The notes: generated by a model not told the origin, from the sequence alone. A DNA stretch of 64,000 bases from Thermodesulfobacteriota bacterium (GCA_965215275.1 OZ244044.1:1664001-1728000); one strand, 5' to 3'; positions 31,044 to 41,316 are shown, counted from the stretch's first letter. A program made the numbers and translations.

Positions 31044-31279
31044 TTTCTTTTGCCTGATAGGCAGGGCAGCAGCATGGAACTGAAACTGCCTGCGGTTTGC
31101 TGGTCTTGCTTTCAGATTAGCGTAACGAAAGCAAAGAAGTTATATTTCTGTTGTAACCAACCTGCCGTGATCTGCACTGTATTTTAACAGGCAAACAAAA
31201 TTTAACGGTTTTTTATAATTGTACAAGGGATTTATATACTTTAGTACCCAACAAAGGAGTTAATAGAAAAGTGTGATCG

Positions 31280-31288
31280 TGTTATAAT
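31280..31288 (+). promoter_or_regulatory. Extended -10 promoter for tnpB (near-leaderless)
   Basis: TGTTATAAT lies 9 nt upstream of the ATG at 31298, with no obvious SD between them. Confidence 0.5.
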
Positions 31289-31297
31289 TACAGAGTA

Positions 31298-32689
31298 ATG
31301 GATAGTGAAAAGAGGATAATTAAGCAGACGAGGACGGAACGCAGAGTGACTGGATTGAATCACCCTTCAACTCATAAGGGTTTGGAAAGGACTTTGGACC
31401 AGCTTACCTATCTGTATAACAGCGCTCTGGAAGAAAGGAAAGAAGCGTACAAAAAATACAAGAAGCTGAAGAAGTGGGGTTTGTCAGAAGAAAGGTTACA
31501 GATGTATTTCTACCCACAATGGGAGTTTGGTATTTCTTACAACAAGAAGAACAGAGTTAAATATCTGGATACAGTTTATGAAGCAGTTAACAGGTTAGTA
31601 AGTAATATCAGACCTTGTGATGATCCTGTTAACTGGAGAGAGTTATCAAAAGAAGAGCTAAAGAAGAAGTCAGTAAGTTATGAAGATCAGGCGAAGTCAC
31701 TGACGGAGATAAGGAATGATGTTTTATTGAAAGGATTCAGCAAGGTAGGTGTTCAGGCACAGCAAAGGACGTTAAAGAGAGTGGATAAGGCTTACAGTGA
31801 TTATATTAAAGGATTGAGAGGCAGTCCTAGATATAAGAACAGCAGCAGAAAGGTAAGAAGTTTTGAAACATATACATGGGGAAATGTAAAGAAAGGAGAG
31901 AGAAGGACATATTTAACGGTAAAGGGAGCAGGCAGGATCTCATTCAGGGGAAGAATACCGGAAGGAACAAAATACATAAGGATATTAAGAACAGCTTTAA
32001 GAGTGGAGGTTCAGTTTGTTTACGAGAAGATAGCTGGAGAGGACAGAGGACTGGACAGAGCGATAGGAATGGATCTTGGAGTAAGGAACAGGATTGCTTT
32101 ATCAGATGGGTCGTTTTACAAGGGAACTGAAGTAAGCAGAAAGAAAGACAAAAGAAAGCAGAGAGCAGTTTCAAGAGCTGAAAAAGGTTCCAACGGCAGA
32201 AAGAAGAAGGTAAAGCTGCTTGGGAAGGAACGAGCAAGAACAGCAATAAAGGAACATAACAAAATACACAGGTTAACTACAGAACTGTCAAGAGCGTATA
32301 ATTTTGTTATATCAGAAGATCTGAGATTAAAGGATATGAGCAGATCGGCAAAGGGGAACGTGGGAGATCCGGGTAAGAAAGTAAAGCAGAAATCAGGATT
32401 AAACAGGTCTTTACGGGAACAGCAGTTGGGCAAGGTATTAGATCAGCTTGAATACAAGGTTAAAAGCACTGGTGGCAAGCTGAGCAGGACTCCGGCTCAA
32501 TATACGTCACAGACCTGTTCTGAGTGCGGATACAGAGATAAAAGGAACAGAAAAGGAGAAGTATTTAAGTGTGTGTTTTGCGGTCATAAAGACCATGCAG
32601 ACACGAATGCAGCTATAAACATTTGCAATAGTGAAAACACGCTATGTCGGGTGGGACAGCCAGACTTGAGCTCCCGATGCAAGCTGTAA
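31298..32689 (+). CDS. tnpB: RNA-guided endonuclease TnpB
   Basis: RuvC motifs GMDLG, SEDL and ADTNAAINI; QKSGLNRS; YTSQTCSECG...CVFCG Zn finger. Confidence 0.93.
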   Translation: MDSEKRIIKQTRTERRVTGLNHPSTHKGLERTLDQLTYLYNSALEERKEAYKKYKKLKKWGLSEERLQMYFYPQWEFGISYNKKNRVKYLDTVYEAVNRLVSNIRPCDDPVNWRELSKEELKKKSVSYEDQAKSLTEIRNDVLLKGFSKVGVQAQQRTLKRVDKAYSDYIKGLRGSPRYKNSSRKVRSFETYTWGNVKKGERRTYLTVKGAGRISFRGRIPEGTKYIRILRTALRVEVQFVYEKIAGEDRGLDRAIGMDLGVRNRIALSDGSFYKGTEVSRKKDKRKQRAVSRAEKGSNGRKKKVKLLGKERARTAIKEHNKIHRLTTELSRAYNFVISEDLRLKDMSRSAKGNVGDPGKKVKQKSGLNRSLREQQLGKVLDQLEYKVKSTGGKLSRTPAQYTSQTCSECGYRDKRNRKGEVFKCVFCGHKDHADTNAAINICNSENTLCRVGQPDLSSRCKL

Positions 32690-32779
32690 ATGTTTTATCA
32701 AAAGAGAACGGGGAATTAAGAGGGACTCTGCTTGCAGAACAGTATGTTTAGTACTTGTGTATTAAAGTATATAAGTCCC
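32640..32779 (+). ncRNA. Probable omegaRNA/reRNA scaffold of element 1 (boundaries approximate)
   Basis: Expected position at the 3' end of tnpB. Stems: TCGGG/CCCGA (32647-77), TGCAAGC/GCTTGCA (32678-736) and TTTAGTAC/GTATTAAA (32747-66). Confidence 0.5.
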
Positions 32780-32795
32780 TAAACTGTTAGGAACA

Positions 32796-35210
32796 ATGAG
32801 CCTGCCCGTTAAAGTTTCCGTACCGTTACCGACCGACCGAACTTATCACTATACCGTTCCAGACAGTTTTATGAGGACCGTGGAGATCGGAAAGAGGGTA
32901 CTGGTACCTTTAAGGAACAGATTGACCATGGGTTTTGTCGTCGGGTTCGGGGACCCTCCCGAGGGTATTGAACTGAAACAGGTCATAGACGTGATAGATG
33001 ACAAGCCCCTTTTTGATGAGAACAGGTTGAAATTTTTCACATGGATATCCGGTTATTATCTATCCTCTCTGGGCACCGTGCTGAAAGCCGCCTATCCAGG
33101 GGGTATGGGAATTTCCCTGAACCGCCGTTTAAAAGTCACTTCAAAAGGCCTGAACAGCCTGGAACAGGGCTCAGGCGGTAAAAAACAAGGTAAAATACTG
33201 AACGTCGTTCACATATCTGAAAGCATCACTCCAAAAAAGCTGTTTGAACTTGTGGACGGCGTGAAATTTGCGGACCTGAACCGCCTTGTTAACAAAGGAC
33301 TTCTGGAATATAACTACCGTCTGAAAAAGCTGAAGCCCAGGTACAGTAAATTTGTAAGTCCGAACGAACGAACTGCCAAGGCACTTGAAGAACTGAAGAA
33401 AAAAATGCCTGCTAAAGCGTCGGTCCTTGAGTTCGTTAAAACCCATGGCAGGATGGAAGCCGATGAACTGAAGGTGATCTCCTCCGGTATCACTTCACAT
33501 ATTAAATGGCTTGAGGAAAGGGGCTTTATCGACGTGGAAACGAAAGAGGTCATAAGGGACCCTTTCAGAGGCATGGAGCACACGCCCGAGGCCTTGCCTG
33601 ATCTGACGATCGAGCAGAAAACCGCTTTAGCCAGTATAGATAAGGCGACCGGTGAGGGTGTACATTCAACGTTCCTGCTTCACGGGGTTACCGGGAGCGG
33701 TAAGACGGAAGTATACATGAGGGCGATCGATTCCGTTTTAAAAAAGGGTAAGGAAGCAATAGTCCTGGTTCCTGAAATATCTCTGACACCACAGCTGGTC
33801 AAGAGGTTCAGAAGCCGGTTCGGGGACAAGGTTGCAGTTATACACAGCCTTTTGAACGACGCTGAAAGGTCTGACGCGTGGAAGGCGGCAATTAATGGGG
33901 ACGTTAAGATAATTATCGGTGCAAGGTCAGCCGTCTTTGCTCCATTTAAGCATCTGGGAATTATCGTCGTTGACGAGGAGCACGAGAATACCTACAAACA
34001 GGAGGACAGGCTTTGCTACAATGCAAGGGACGTTGCAGTTGTTCTTGGCCGTGATATGGGTTCCGTTGTGATACTCGGGTCTGCAACGCCGTCCGTGGAA
34101 TCATACTCGAACTGCCAGAGACGTAAGTTCGAGTATCTCACTCTGCCTCTCAGGATGGGATGCGGCAGCCTTCCTGAAGTTGAGGTCGTGGACATGAGAA
34201 AGCAGAGCGGTCCTGTCTTTTCCAGTATCCTTAAGAGAGAAATAGCAGAGAACTTTGAAAGAAAAGACCAGACCGTTCTTTTTCTGAACAGAAGGGGTTT
34301 TTCCACCTTCCTGATCTATGAGGACAGTGGGGAGATATTTTACTGTCCTAACTGCAGTATCCCTTTTACCTTTCACAGGGCCGACAACAAGATAAAGTGT
34401 CATTACTGCGGAACGTCAGAAGATTTCGGTTTTATGCAGAAAACCGCAAAGTCACCGCTCAGGGGATTAGGTATCGGAACGCAGATGATAGAACACGAGC
34501 TGAAAAACCTGCTCCCTGACGCCAGGATAGAGAGAATGGACAGTGACTCAACGGGAGGAAAGAACAAGTTCCTGGAACTGTATAAAAGACTGGAAAGAAA
34601 GGAAATTGACGTTCTGATCGGTACGCAGATGGTTGCAAAAGGACATGACCTGCCAGGCGTAACGCTCGTGGGAGTGATATCGGCTGATACCTCGCTGAGC
34701 ATTCCGGACTTCAGATCGGGAGAAAGGACCTTTCAGCTTATAACCCAGGTGGCAGGAAGGGCCGGAAGGGGCAGGTCCCAGGGCAGGGTGATCGTGCAGA
34801 CGTATAATCCGGATCATCCGAGCATCCGCTTTGCCAGGTCGCATGATAGTAACGCATTTTTACAGAAAGAGATGGACATAAGGCAGGCTGCGGACTATCC
34901 ACCGTTTTGCAGGCTCGTCGGTTTTAGGTTCAGCGGTACTGATGAGAACGTGCTTATTGAAACGGTGAAAAAGATCGATAAAATAGTAAAAACGGCGATT
35001 TCCGGACTTACGCCGGGAGCAGTGGTAATGCTCGGGCCTTCCCAGTGTCCTGTGTACAAGATAAAAAACAGGTTCAGGTGGCAGATGATACTGAAAGCAA
35101 AACAAATAAAACTTCTGCATGCTTTTTCCAAAAACCTGTATGATGACCTTTTGGTCCATAAGAACAGGATCAGGATCACGATGGACGTTGATCCCGTGAA
35201 CTTCAGTTAG
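32796..35210 (+). CDS. priA: Primosomal protein N' (replication restart helicase)
   Basis: GVTGSGKTEVY, PEISLTPQ, DEEHE, GSATPS, LNRRG and QVAGRAGR motifs. Confidence 0.96.
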   Translation: MSLPVKVSVPLPTDRTYHYTVPDSFMRTVEIGKRVLVPLRNRLTMGFVVGFGDPPEGIELKQVIDVIDDKPLFDENRLKFFTWISGYYLSSLGTVLKAAYPGGMGISLNRRLKVTSKGLNSLEQGSGGKKQGKILNVVHISESITPKKLFELVDGVKFADLNRLVNKGLLEYNYRLKKLKPRYSKFVSPNERTAKALEELKKKMPAKASVLEFVKTHGRMEADELKVISSGITSHIKWLEERGFIDVETKEVIRDPFRGMEHTPEALPDLTIEQKTALASIDKATGEGVHSTFLLHGVTGSGKTEVYMRAIDSVLKKGKEAIVLVPEISLTPQLVKRFRSRFGDKVAVIHSLLNDAERSDAWKAAINGDVKIIIGARSAVFAPFKHLGIIVVDEEHENTYKQEDRLCYNARDVAVVLGRDMGSVVILGSATPSVESYSNCQRRKFEYLTLPLRMGCGSLPEVEVVDMRKQSGPVFSSILKREIAENFERKDQTVLFLNRRGFSTFLIYEDSGEIFYCPNCSIPFTFHRADNKIKCHYCGTSEDFGFMQKTAKSPLRGLGIGTQMIEHELKNLLPDARIERMDSDSTGGKNKFLELYKRLERKEIDVLIGTQMVAKGHDLPGVTLVGVISADTSLSIPDFRSGERTFQLITQVAGRAGRGRSQGRVIVQTYNPDHPSIRFARSHDSNAFLQKEMDIRQAADYPPFCRLVGFRFSGTDENVLIETVKKIDKIVKTAISGLTPGAVVMLGPSQCPVYKIKNRFRWQMILKAKQIKLLHAFSKNLYDDLLVHKNRIRITMDVDPVNFS

Positions 35211-35217
35211 GCTGATC

Positions 35218-38004
35218 ATGAGCAAGATACTTTATCCCGACAGGGTGGCGGCTGAATCCAGCGTTGAAAGGTACCTGGAGACCAACGGCAAGATAAGTAG
35301 AAAAGGCAGAGAAATACTGTATCTGCTTGCCTCGCACAGCAGATTTCTCGGCAGAGCGGCGATAAACGACCCGGAACTGATCCCATATCTTGTAAATAAT
35401 GAACATTTAAGATCAGAAAAGCTGCTTCAGGTTTATCAGAACGAGGCACGGAAGATAGCGAGCGAGGCGGACGGCAGGGACGACCTGGCAAAAAACCTGA
35501 GGGTCTATAAATACAGAGAACTTGCACTGATAATATACAAAAGCGTTGCAATGTCATCTGATTTTCTTGTTCTGCTCAGAGAGCTTTCAAACCTTTCCGA
35601 ATCCATTATCGGGTCCGTCTACAGCTATTATGCAAATGAACTGAAAGTCGATAAATATGGAAGTTTTGTCGTGCTTGCAATGGGAAAGCTTGGTGGACGT
35701 CTTTTAAATTTAAGCTCGGACGTTGACCTGATATATATATATGAAGAGAAGAAGGACAGTGAGGTATTCTTCAGGCTGGCGGAAAGTATCACAAAGGCAA
35801 TAAGCGTTGCCACGGACTGGGGCTTTTTATACAGAGTGGACCTGGGATTGAGGCCTGGAGGTAATAAAAGTACGATCGCGATCCCGTATGAAGGTGCCGT
35901 GGAGCATTACTACTACTGGGGAGACACATGGGAAAGGGCCGCTCTTATTCAGGCAAGACCGGTTGCCGGGGACCTGAAACTCGGACGGAGGTTCATCAGG
36001 GACCTTGACAGGTTCGTTTACAGAAAATACCTGGATTATGAATCGATCGAGGACCTGAAGGACATGAAGCTGAAGATAGATAAGCTTGAGAAGAAGAACG
36101 ACGTAAAGCTCGGAAGAGGTGGAATAAGGGAGATCGAGTTCTTTGTTCAGGCAAATCAGCTCGTTAACGCGGGGCAGTTCAATGAACTGAAAGGCAGGAA
36201 CGTTCTGGAAGGACTTGATCTTCTGGCAAAGAAAAATATCGTAAGTAAAGACACCCAGGCGGCTCTGGGGTCCGCGTATATTTTTTTGAGAAAGGTAGAG
36301 CATAACATTCAGCTCGTGGACGAGGTTCAGACGCAGAGGATTCCCTCCGGTGGAGAGGACCTTTTAAAGCTGGCCAGGCGCACCGGTTTTGAAACGGCGA
36401 AGCCTTTCAGTGAGCAGCTTGCGATGAGCATGGACAATGTGGCGACCGAATATAACCAGCTGTTCTATGAACCTTCAAAAAGGACGGAGGAATACGCGAA
36501 CGAGTTCTGGCAGCTTGCCGATTTTCTCACCGAGGGCAACGTGAGGGAGGAAGAGGCAATAAACCTTCTGGGTGAACTGGGGTTCAAGCGTCCGGCCGAG
36601 GACCTCGACGTTATATACTCCCTTATAAACGCCGAGCGCTCCGGACTGACGCAGAAAGGTCGTCAGCTTGCAAGACGCGTTATTCCGGCCTTCTTGTCCG
36701 CGGTGCTTAAATCTTACGACAGTGGCACGGCGTTGAGAAATATGGAAAGGTTTATCTCCTCCACGGGTTGCAAGACCTCCGTTTATGCGGCTTTATCCGA
36801 GAACCCTGATATTCTCAATCTTCTTTCCATGCTTTTTTCCACAAGCGGAATGCTGTCAAACTTCCTGATCCGCTATCCGGAGTATCTTAACGTACTTACC
36901 ATCAAGTCTTCCGAGAGCCAGTATTCCTCGGAGGATCAGATGTTGAAATATCTGCGCTCTCTGGTCGATGCTGAAAAGGACTACGAGGGTAAGCTGAACG
37001 CTCTGAGACACTTTAAACACGTTGAGACTCTGAAATTATGTCTCAGGGACCTGAGCCATGAGGTCGACCCGGTATACGTTGGCAGACATCTGTCAATGAT
37101 AGCGGCCGCGGTCGTAAAAGTCGCAATGGACATTGCGATAAGCGAGGTAAGGAGCAGCGTGAGGTCCAGGGCAGGCCTTAAAAAGATGCTGATACTTGCA
37201 ATGGGTAAATTCGCATCTGGGGAAATGAGCTATAATTCGGACCTTGACGTGATATTTATATACGAGGGGGACGATCATGAGGCTTTTTCCAGACTTGGGC
37301 AGAGGCTGATCTCCATCCTGTCCGTTCCAACGGCTGAGGGGTTCTGCTACAAGATAGATCTTGACCTGAGACCATCGGGCAGGTCAGGGACGCTGGTTAC
37401 CTCTCTTGATTCATTTGAAAGATATCATGAAAAAAGTGCTCATTTATGGGAACGGCAGTCGTTGATAAAGTCCTTTCCTGTAACGGGAGATAAACTGCTT
37501 TCCAGAAAGATCGTAAAGGCCATTACGGAGTTTGTGTATTTAAAGCCCCTTGCACCGGACTTCCACGGTGAGATCAACGGACTGAGACACAGGATGGAAA
37601 GCGAACTTGCAAAAGAGACCGTAAATAAGGTAAACGTGAAAACGGGCAGAGGAGGCCTGGTAGATATTGAATTTATAGTCCAGATGCTTCAGCTGCGACA
37701 CGGAAAGGATAATAAAAAGATCAGACAGGCGAACACGCTCGAGGCAATTGACGCCATGAGGTCAGCGGACATCCTGTCAGAGGAAAGTGCAGCTGTATTG
37801 AGCGATGGATATATGTTTTTGAAAAGTATTGAGAACCTTTTAAGATTGCTGAAAGATAAATCCATCAGTGATATTACGGATTACGACTTTGACGTACTGT
37901 CTGCCGAGTCGGTTAAATACGGCTCCGGTGCGGAACTGAAGTCGGAATACATGGAGAGAACGGAGCAGATAAGACGGACTTACAAGGACCACTTCGAACT
38001 ATGA
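35218..38004 (+). CDS. glnE: Bifunctional glutamine synthetase adenylyltransferase/adenylyl-removing enzyme
   Basis: Two nucleotidyltransferase domains (MGKLGG..LN.SSDVD and MGKF...EMSYNSDLD), plus GRGGIREIEF and GRGGLVDIEF. Confidence 0.93.
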   Translation: MSKILYPDRVAAESSVERYLETNGKISRKGREILYLLASHSRFLGRAAINDPELIPYLVNNEHLRSEKLLQVYQNEARKIASEADGRDDLAKNLRVYKYRELALIIYKSVAMSSDFLVLLRELSNLSESIIGSVYSYYANELKVDKYGSFVVLAMGKLGGRLLNLSSDVDLIYIYEEKKDSEVFFRLAESITKAISVATDWGFLYRVDLGLRPGGNKSTIAIPYEGAVEHYYYWGDTWERAALIQARPVAGDLKLGRRFIRDLDRFVYRKYLDYESIEDLKDMKLKIDKLEKKNDVKLGRGGIREIEFFVQANQLVNAGQFNELKGRNVLEGLDLLAKKNIVSKDTQAALGSAYIFLRKVEHNIQLVDEVQTQRIPSGGEDLLKLARRTGFETAKPFSEQLAMSMDNVATEYNQLFYEPSKRTEEYANEFWQLADFLTEGNVREEEAINLLGELGFKRPAEDLDVIYSLINAERSGLTQKGRQLARRVIPAFLSAVLKSYDSGTALRNMERFISSTGCKTSVYAALSENPDILNLLSMLFSTSGMLSNFLIRYPEYLNVLTIKSSESQYSSEDQMLKYLRSLVDAEKDYEGKLNALRHFKHVETLKLCLRDLSHEVDPVYVGRHLSMIAAAVVKVAMDIAISEVRSSVRSRAGLKKMLILAMGKFASGEMSYNSDLDVIFIYEGDDHEAFSRLGQRLISILSVPTAEGFCYKIDLDLRPSGRSGTLVTSLDSFERYHEKSAHLWERQSLIKSFPVTGDKLLSRKIVKAITEFVYLKPLAPDFHGEINGLRHRMESELAKETVNKVNVKTGRGGLVDIEFIVQMLQLRHGKDNKKIRQANTLEAIDAMRSADILSEESAAVLSDGYMFLKSIENLLRLLKDKSISDITDYDFDVLSAESVKYGSGAELKSEYMERTEQIRRTYKDHFEL

Positions 38005-39413
38005 CCGAAAAACGATGCCTGTTCCTGCTGGCCGATGGAGCCAGAGCGGATATCTTTGAGCACCTTTTAAACAAGGGTGATCTTCCAAACATATCAAAGT
38101 ACATCGTTGAAAGAGGTACGTATAAGAACGCGGTTACCGCGTTCCCTTCAACTACTGGTCCTGCGTATATTCCTTACTTGCTCGGTAAGTACCCCGGACG
38201 CTGTAATATGCCGGGTATAAGGTGGTTCGACAGGTACGAGTTCAGTAAGAACATGTTCTCTCTGAAGGGATTCAGGAGCTATATCGGACCCGAAGCATAT
38301 CTTATGAACAAGGATATAAGCGCCAATGGAACCCCTACGATATTTGAGCAGGTACCGAGAAGCGTAAGTATATTGAACGAAGTTACAAAGGGTCTGTCCT
38401 TAAAAGGCGATAAGACAAAGCTTTCAAAGATCTTTTACAAGATCAAGAGCCATTTTACGGACAGCTGTGACGAGGTTGACGAGGCAGCGGGCAGAATGCT
38501 GCTTAAATGCCTTGATGAAGACCCGCAACTGGTGTTCTGTGTTTTTCTGGGCATTGATACCTACTCACATCAGAATCATCCATTTCATAAGAACGTTATA
38601 AGGTCCTACTATCTTCTGGACCGCTACGTTGAACTTGTCGGCAGTCGTCTTGCACGTGAAAACAGACTGGAAGACACGCTTATAATTATTGCGAGCGACC
38701 ATGGGCTTACTTCCACGCATTCACATTTTGATTCATCGGGTTTTATGGACCGGCTTGGTTATAAGACCCTGTGTCATACGAACGTTTTTAATCACCTTCT
38801 TGATGCCAATGCGTCCGTGATGGTCTCGGGGAATTCAATGGCACATATTTACGTTAAGAACAAAGACGGCTGGACAAGGAGCACGTCCGCTGAAGAGATG
38901 GACGGCTTAATACAGAAATTACTGGACCGCTCGGAAATAGATATAATAGCGAGCAGGAACTGCAATGGGAACCTGATCGTTCAGAACGCCGTGGGCAAGG
39001 CGTCAATATCCGCTGAAGGAAACTCACTTACCTATAAGGTAATAAGCGGGAACGACCCGTTTGGTTACGGGAGGTTTCCCACTACGATGAGCTTTGACGA
39101 GTCTTTAAAACTGACCATGGATACGGGTTATCCGGATGCTCTGGTTCAGATCCTACAGCTGTTCGAGTCCGACCGGACGGGGGACCTTGTCATAAGTGCC
39201 AAACCGGGCGTTGATCTTCGTGCGTGGAATGAAAATCCTGAACATAATGCTTCGCATGGTTCGCTCGTGCGGGAGCATATGCTGGTACCTCTGTCCATAA
39301 GTATCAACTCCGGTAAGAAATACGTCAGAACGACGGACGTTTACCCGACGATCCTTGATTTTTTTGAACTGACGACCCCGTCGGGAATTGACGGGAGTTC
39401 TTTAATTAACTGA
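38001..39413 (+). CDS. Alkaline phosphatase superfamily protein (nucleotide pyrophosphatase/phosphodiesterase-type)
   Basis: LADG, FPSTTGP, D..SH, SDHG and SHGSL motifs. Confidence 0.85.
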   Translation: MTEKRCLFLLADGARADIFEHLLNKGDLPNISKYIVERGTYKNAVTAFPSTTGPAYIPYLLGKYPGRCNMPGIRWFDRYEFSKNMFSLKGFRSYIGPEAYLMNKDISANGTPTIFEQVPRSVSILNEVTKGLSLKGDKTKLSKIFYKIKSHFTDSCDEVDEAAGRMLLKCLDEDPQLVFCVFLGIDTYSHQNHPFHKNVIRSYYLLDRYVELVGSRLARENRLEDTLIIIASDHGLTSTHSHFDSSGFMDRLGYKTLCHTNVFNHLLDANASVMVSGNSMAHIYVKNKDGWTRSTSAEEMDGLIQKLLDRSEIDIIASRNCNGNLIVQNAVGKASISAEGNSLTYKVISGNDPFGYGRFPTTMSFDESLKLTMDTGYPDALVQILQLFESDRTGDLVISAKPGVDLRAWNENPEHNASHGSLVREHMLVPLSISINSGKKYVRTTDVYPTILDFFELTTPSGIDGSSLIN

Positions 39414-39920
39414 GGAATCGAGAAGTTTTTCGACCTTGTCAGCAATGACCTCTTCCGTTTCTCCCTTTGCCGTGGCAAGCTCGGTGATCAGAAGTTTAAA
39501 AGCGTTGTCCATAAGTTTCTTCTCTCCAAAGGAAAGGGATTTGCTTTTGCGAATACGGTGAATTTTCTGAAACACTTCGGCGATCTCAAAGATATCACCG
39601 CTTTTAAGTTTTTCGTTGTACTCCTTGTATCTTTTGTTCCAGCTCTGTTGTCCACCGCCACCGTGAGTGTGATTGTTCTTGCTTTTTTTACCCAGGATCT
39701 TTAATATCTTCGGAACTTCTTTCTTGGAAATTATTGGCCTTAATCCAACCTTTGAAGCGTTATCGGTAGGTACCATCAGGGTCATGTTGCTTCCAACGGT
39801 CTTTAGAATGTAAAAAGATTCCTTAATACCGTATATCTCTTTCTCTTCTATCTTCTGGACCTCCACCACCCCGTGAGTGGGATATACTACTTTTCCCCCG
39901 ATTGTCAGTTTATCAGTCAT
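39402..39920 (-). CDS. carD: CarD family transcriptional regulator (start re-called at 39920)
   Basis: VVYPTHGV, MVP, GLRPI, WNKRY, SGDIFEIAEV and LSFGEK motifs. Confidence 0.92.
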   Translation of the reverse strand: MTDKLTIGGKVVYPTHGVVEVQKIEEKEIYGIKESFYILKTVGSNMTLMVPTDNASKVGLRPIISKKEVPKILKILGKKSKNNHTHGGGGQQSWNKRYKEYNEKLKSGDIFEIAEVFQKIHRIRKSKSLSFGEKKLMDNAFKLLITELATAKGETEEVIADKVEKLLDSSVN

Positions 39921-40088
39921 TTTTCTGCTATCGGTTTTAATAATACCACATAACTGGCACAAGGTCAATTTTAAGGGTTGGGAATTGCATAAGGGATGCT
40001 TTAAAATAGATCAGATATTTTAAGATTAGCGGTTTTAAAGAAAGATTCTGCACGACGTTGTATTTGAACATCAAGAGGCTTTGCCGAT

Positions 40089-41288
40089 ATGGAAAAATAT
40101 GAGTACCTGATAATTGGAGCGGGTATAACGGGACTTACGATCGCGAGGGAACTGGTAAATAGTGGGGAGAGGCATATATGTATCATTGATAAGGAAAAGC
40201 AGCTTGGAGTGCACGCGAGCGGCAGGAACAGCGGCGTCTTGCATTCGGGGATCTACTATCAGCCGGGTTCGCTGAAAGCCAGGTTCTGTGCCGAAGGGAA
40301 CAGACTTCTGTCCGAGTACTGTGACAGGAATGGGCTGAGCATAAAAAGGTGGGGAAAGGTAATAGTGGCTTCGGACGAGAAGCAGCTTGTGGAACTTTTT
40401 AAACTGCAGGAGCGTGCTGAGAAAAACGGGGTTAACTCCAGGATCATCTCTGCGGATGAGTTAAGGGACATAGAACCGTATGCACGGACGTTCAAAAACG
40501 CCATATTTTCACCTGATACCTCGGCGTTCGACCCAGAAGAGGTTCTTGACCGTTTGTATAATGAACTGCTGGGTTCAGGCCGTGTTGATATCCTTCTCGG
40601 CACGGAGTTTATTGGTCAGCACGGCGGTTCTGCCGTAAGAACGAGCGAGGGGAATATCAGATTTAAAAAGCTGATCAACTGTTCAGGTGTCTTTTCTGAT
40701 AAAGTCGCACACCAGTTCGGTATCGCCATGGAGTACAAAATACTGCCGTTCATAGGCACGTACTGCAGACTGGCTGATAATTGCTCCAGATACGTAAAAG
40801 GAAATATATATCCCGTTCCTGACCCAAGGTCTCCCTTTCTCGGAGTTCATTTCAGCAGGTCCACGGACGGCGACGTATATCTTGGTCCAACGGCAATTCC
40901 TGCTGTCGGCAGAGAAAGCTATAATATCACCACCGGAATTTCATTTGAAAGTTTGTCAATTATTTACAGAGATATGATAATGTTCTTCAGAGATCCTGCT
41001 TTCAGGGATAATGCAATATCCGAGATCAGGAAGTGTATGAGTTCTTACGTGTTTGAGGAAGCGAAAAAGATGATACCGGACCTTAAAAAAGAAGACGTTT
41101 TACGGTCGTCAAGAGCGGGGATCAGGGCTCAGCTTGTTAACTGGGATAAAAAACGTATGGTAATGGACTTTCTGGTGTTAAGACAGGATAATACAGTCCA
41201 CATTTTAAATGCCGTTTCTCCGGCGTTCACGTCTTCGATGTCATTTGCCAGATACGTTGTCGGTAATTTTACGGCTGGAAACAAATAG
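40089..41288 (+). CDS. lhgO: L-2-hydroxyglutarate oxidase-like FAD oxidoreductase
   Basis: GAGITG, HASGRNSGVLHSGIYY, IYPVPD..PFLGVH, GIRAQ and NAVSPAFTSS motifs. Confidence 0.88.
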   Translation: MEKYEYLIIGAGITGLTIARELVNSGERHICIIDKEKQLGVHASGRNSGVLHSGIYYQPGSLKARFCAEGNRLLSEYCDRNGLSIKRWGKVIVASDEKQLVELFKLQERAEKNGVNSRIISADELRDIEPYARTFKNAIFSPDTSAFDPEEVLDRLYNELLGSGRVDILLGTEFIGQHGGSAVRTSEGNIRFKKLINCSGVFSDKVAHQFGIAMEYKILPFIGTYCRLADNCSRYVKGNIYPVPDPRSPFLGVHFSRSTDGDVYLGPTAIPAVGRESYNITTGISFESLSIIYRDMIMFFRDPAFRDNAISEIRKCMSSYVFEEAKKMIPDLKKEDVLRSSRAGIRAQLVNWDKKRMVMDFLVLRQDNTVHILNAVSPAFTSSMSFARYVVGNFTAGNK

Positions 41289-41316
41289 TATAAGTGCTGA
41301 ACTATAGAACGGTTTA

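Larger units (their letters stand above)
31227..32779 (+). mobile_element. TIR-bounded, non-autonomous tnpB element 1 (1553 bp)
   Basis: Left end GGGATTTATATACTTTAGTACCCAA versus reverse complement of right end GGGACTTATATACTTTAATACACAA (22/25 match). No transposase gene and no TSD visible. Confidence 0.8.

Noticed and set aside
31044..31200. PyrR-type attenuator upstream of pyrF
   Set aside because: One hairpin (TTGCTTTC/GAAAGCAA) is present, but there is no PyrR-binding consensus.
31100..32800. CRISPR array or Cas12 call for the tnpB loci
   Set aside because: No repeat-spacer array or cas1/cas2 is visible near either gene or anywhere in the window.
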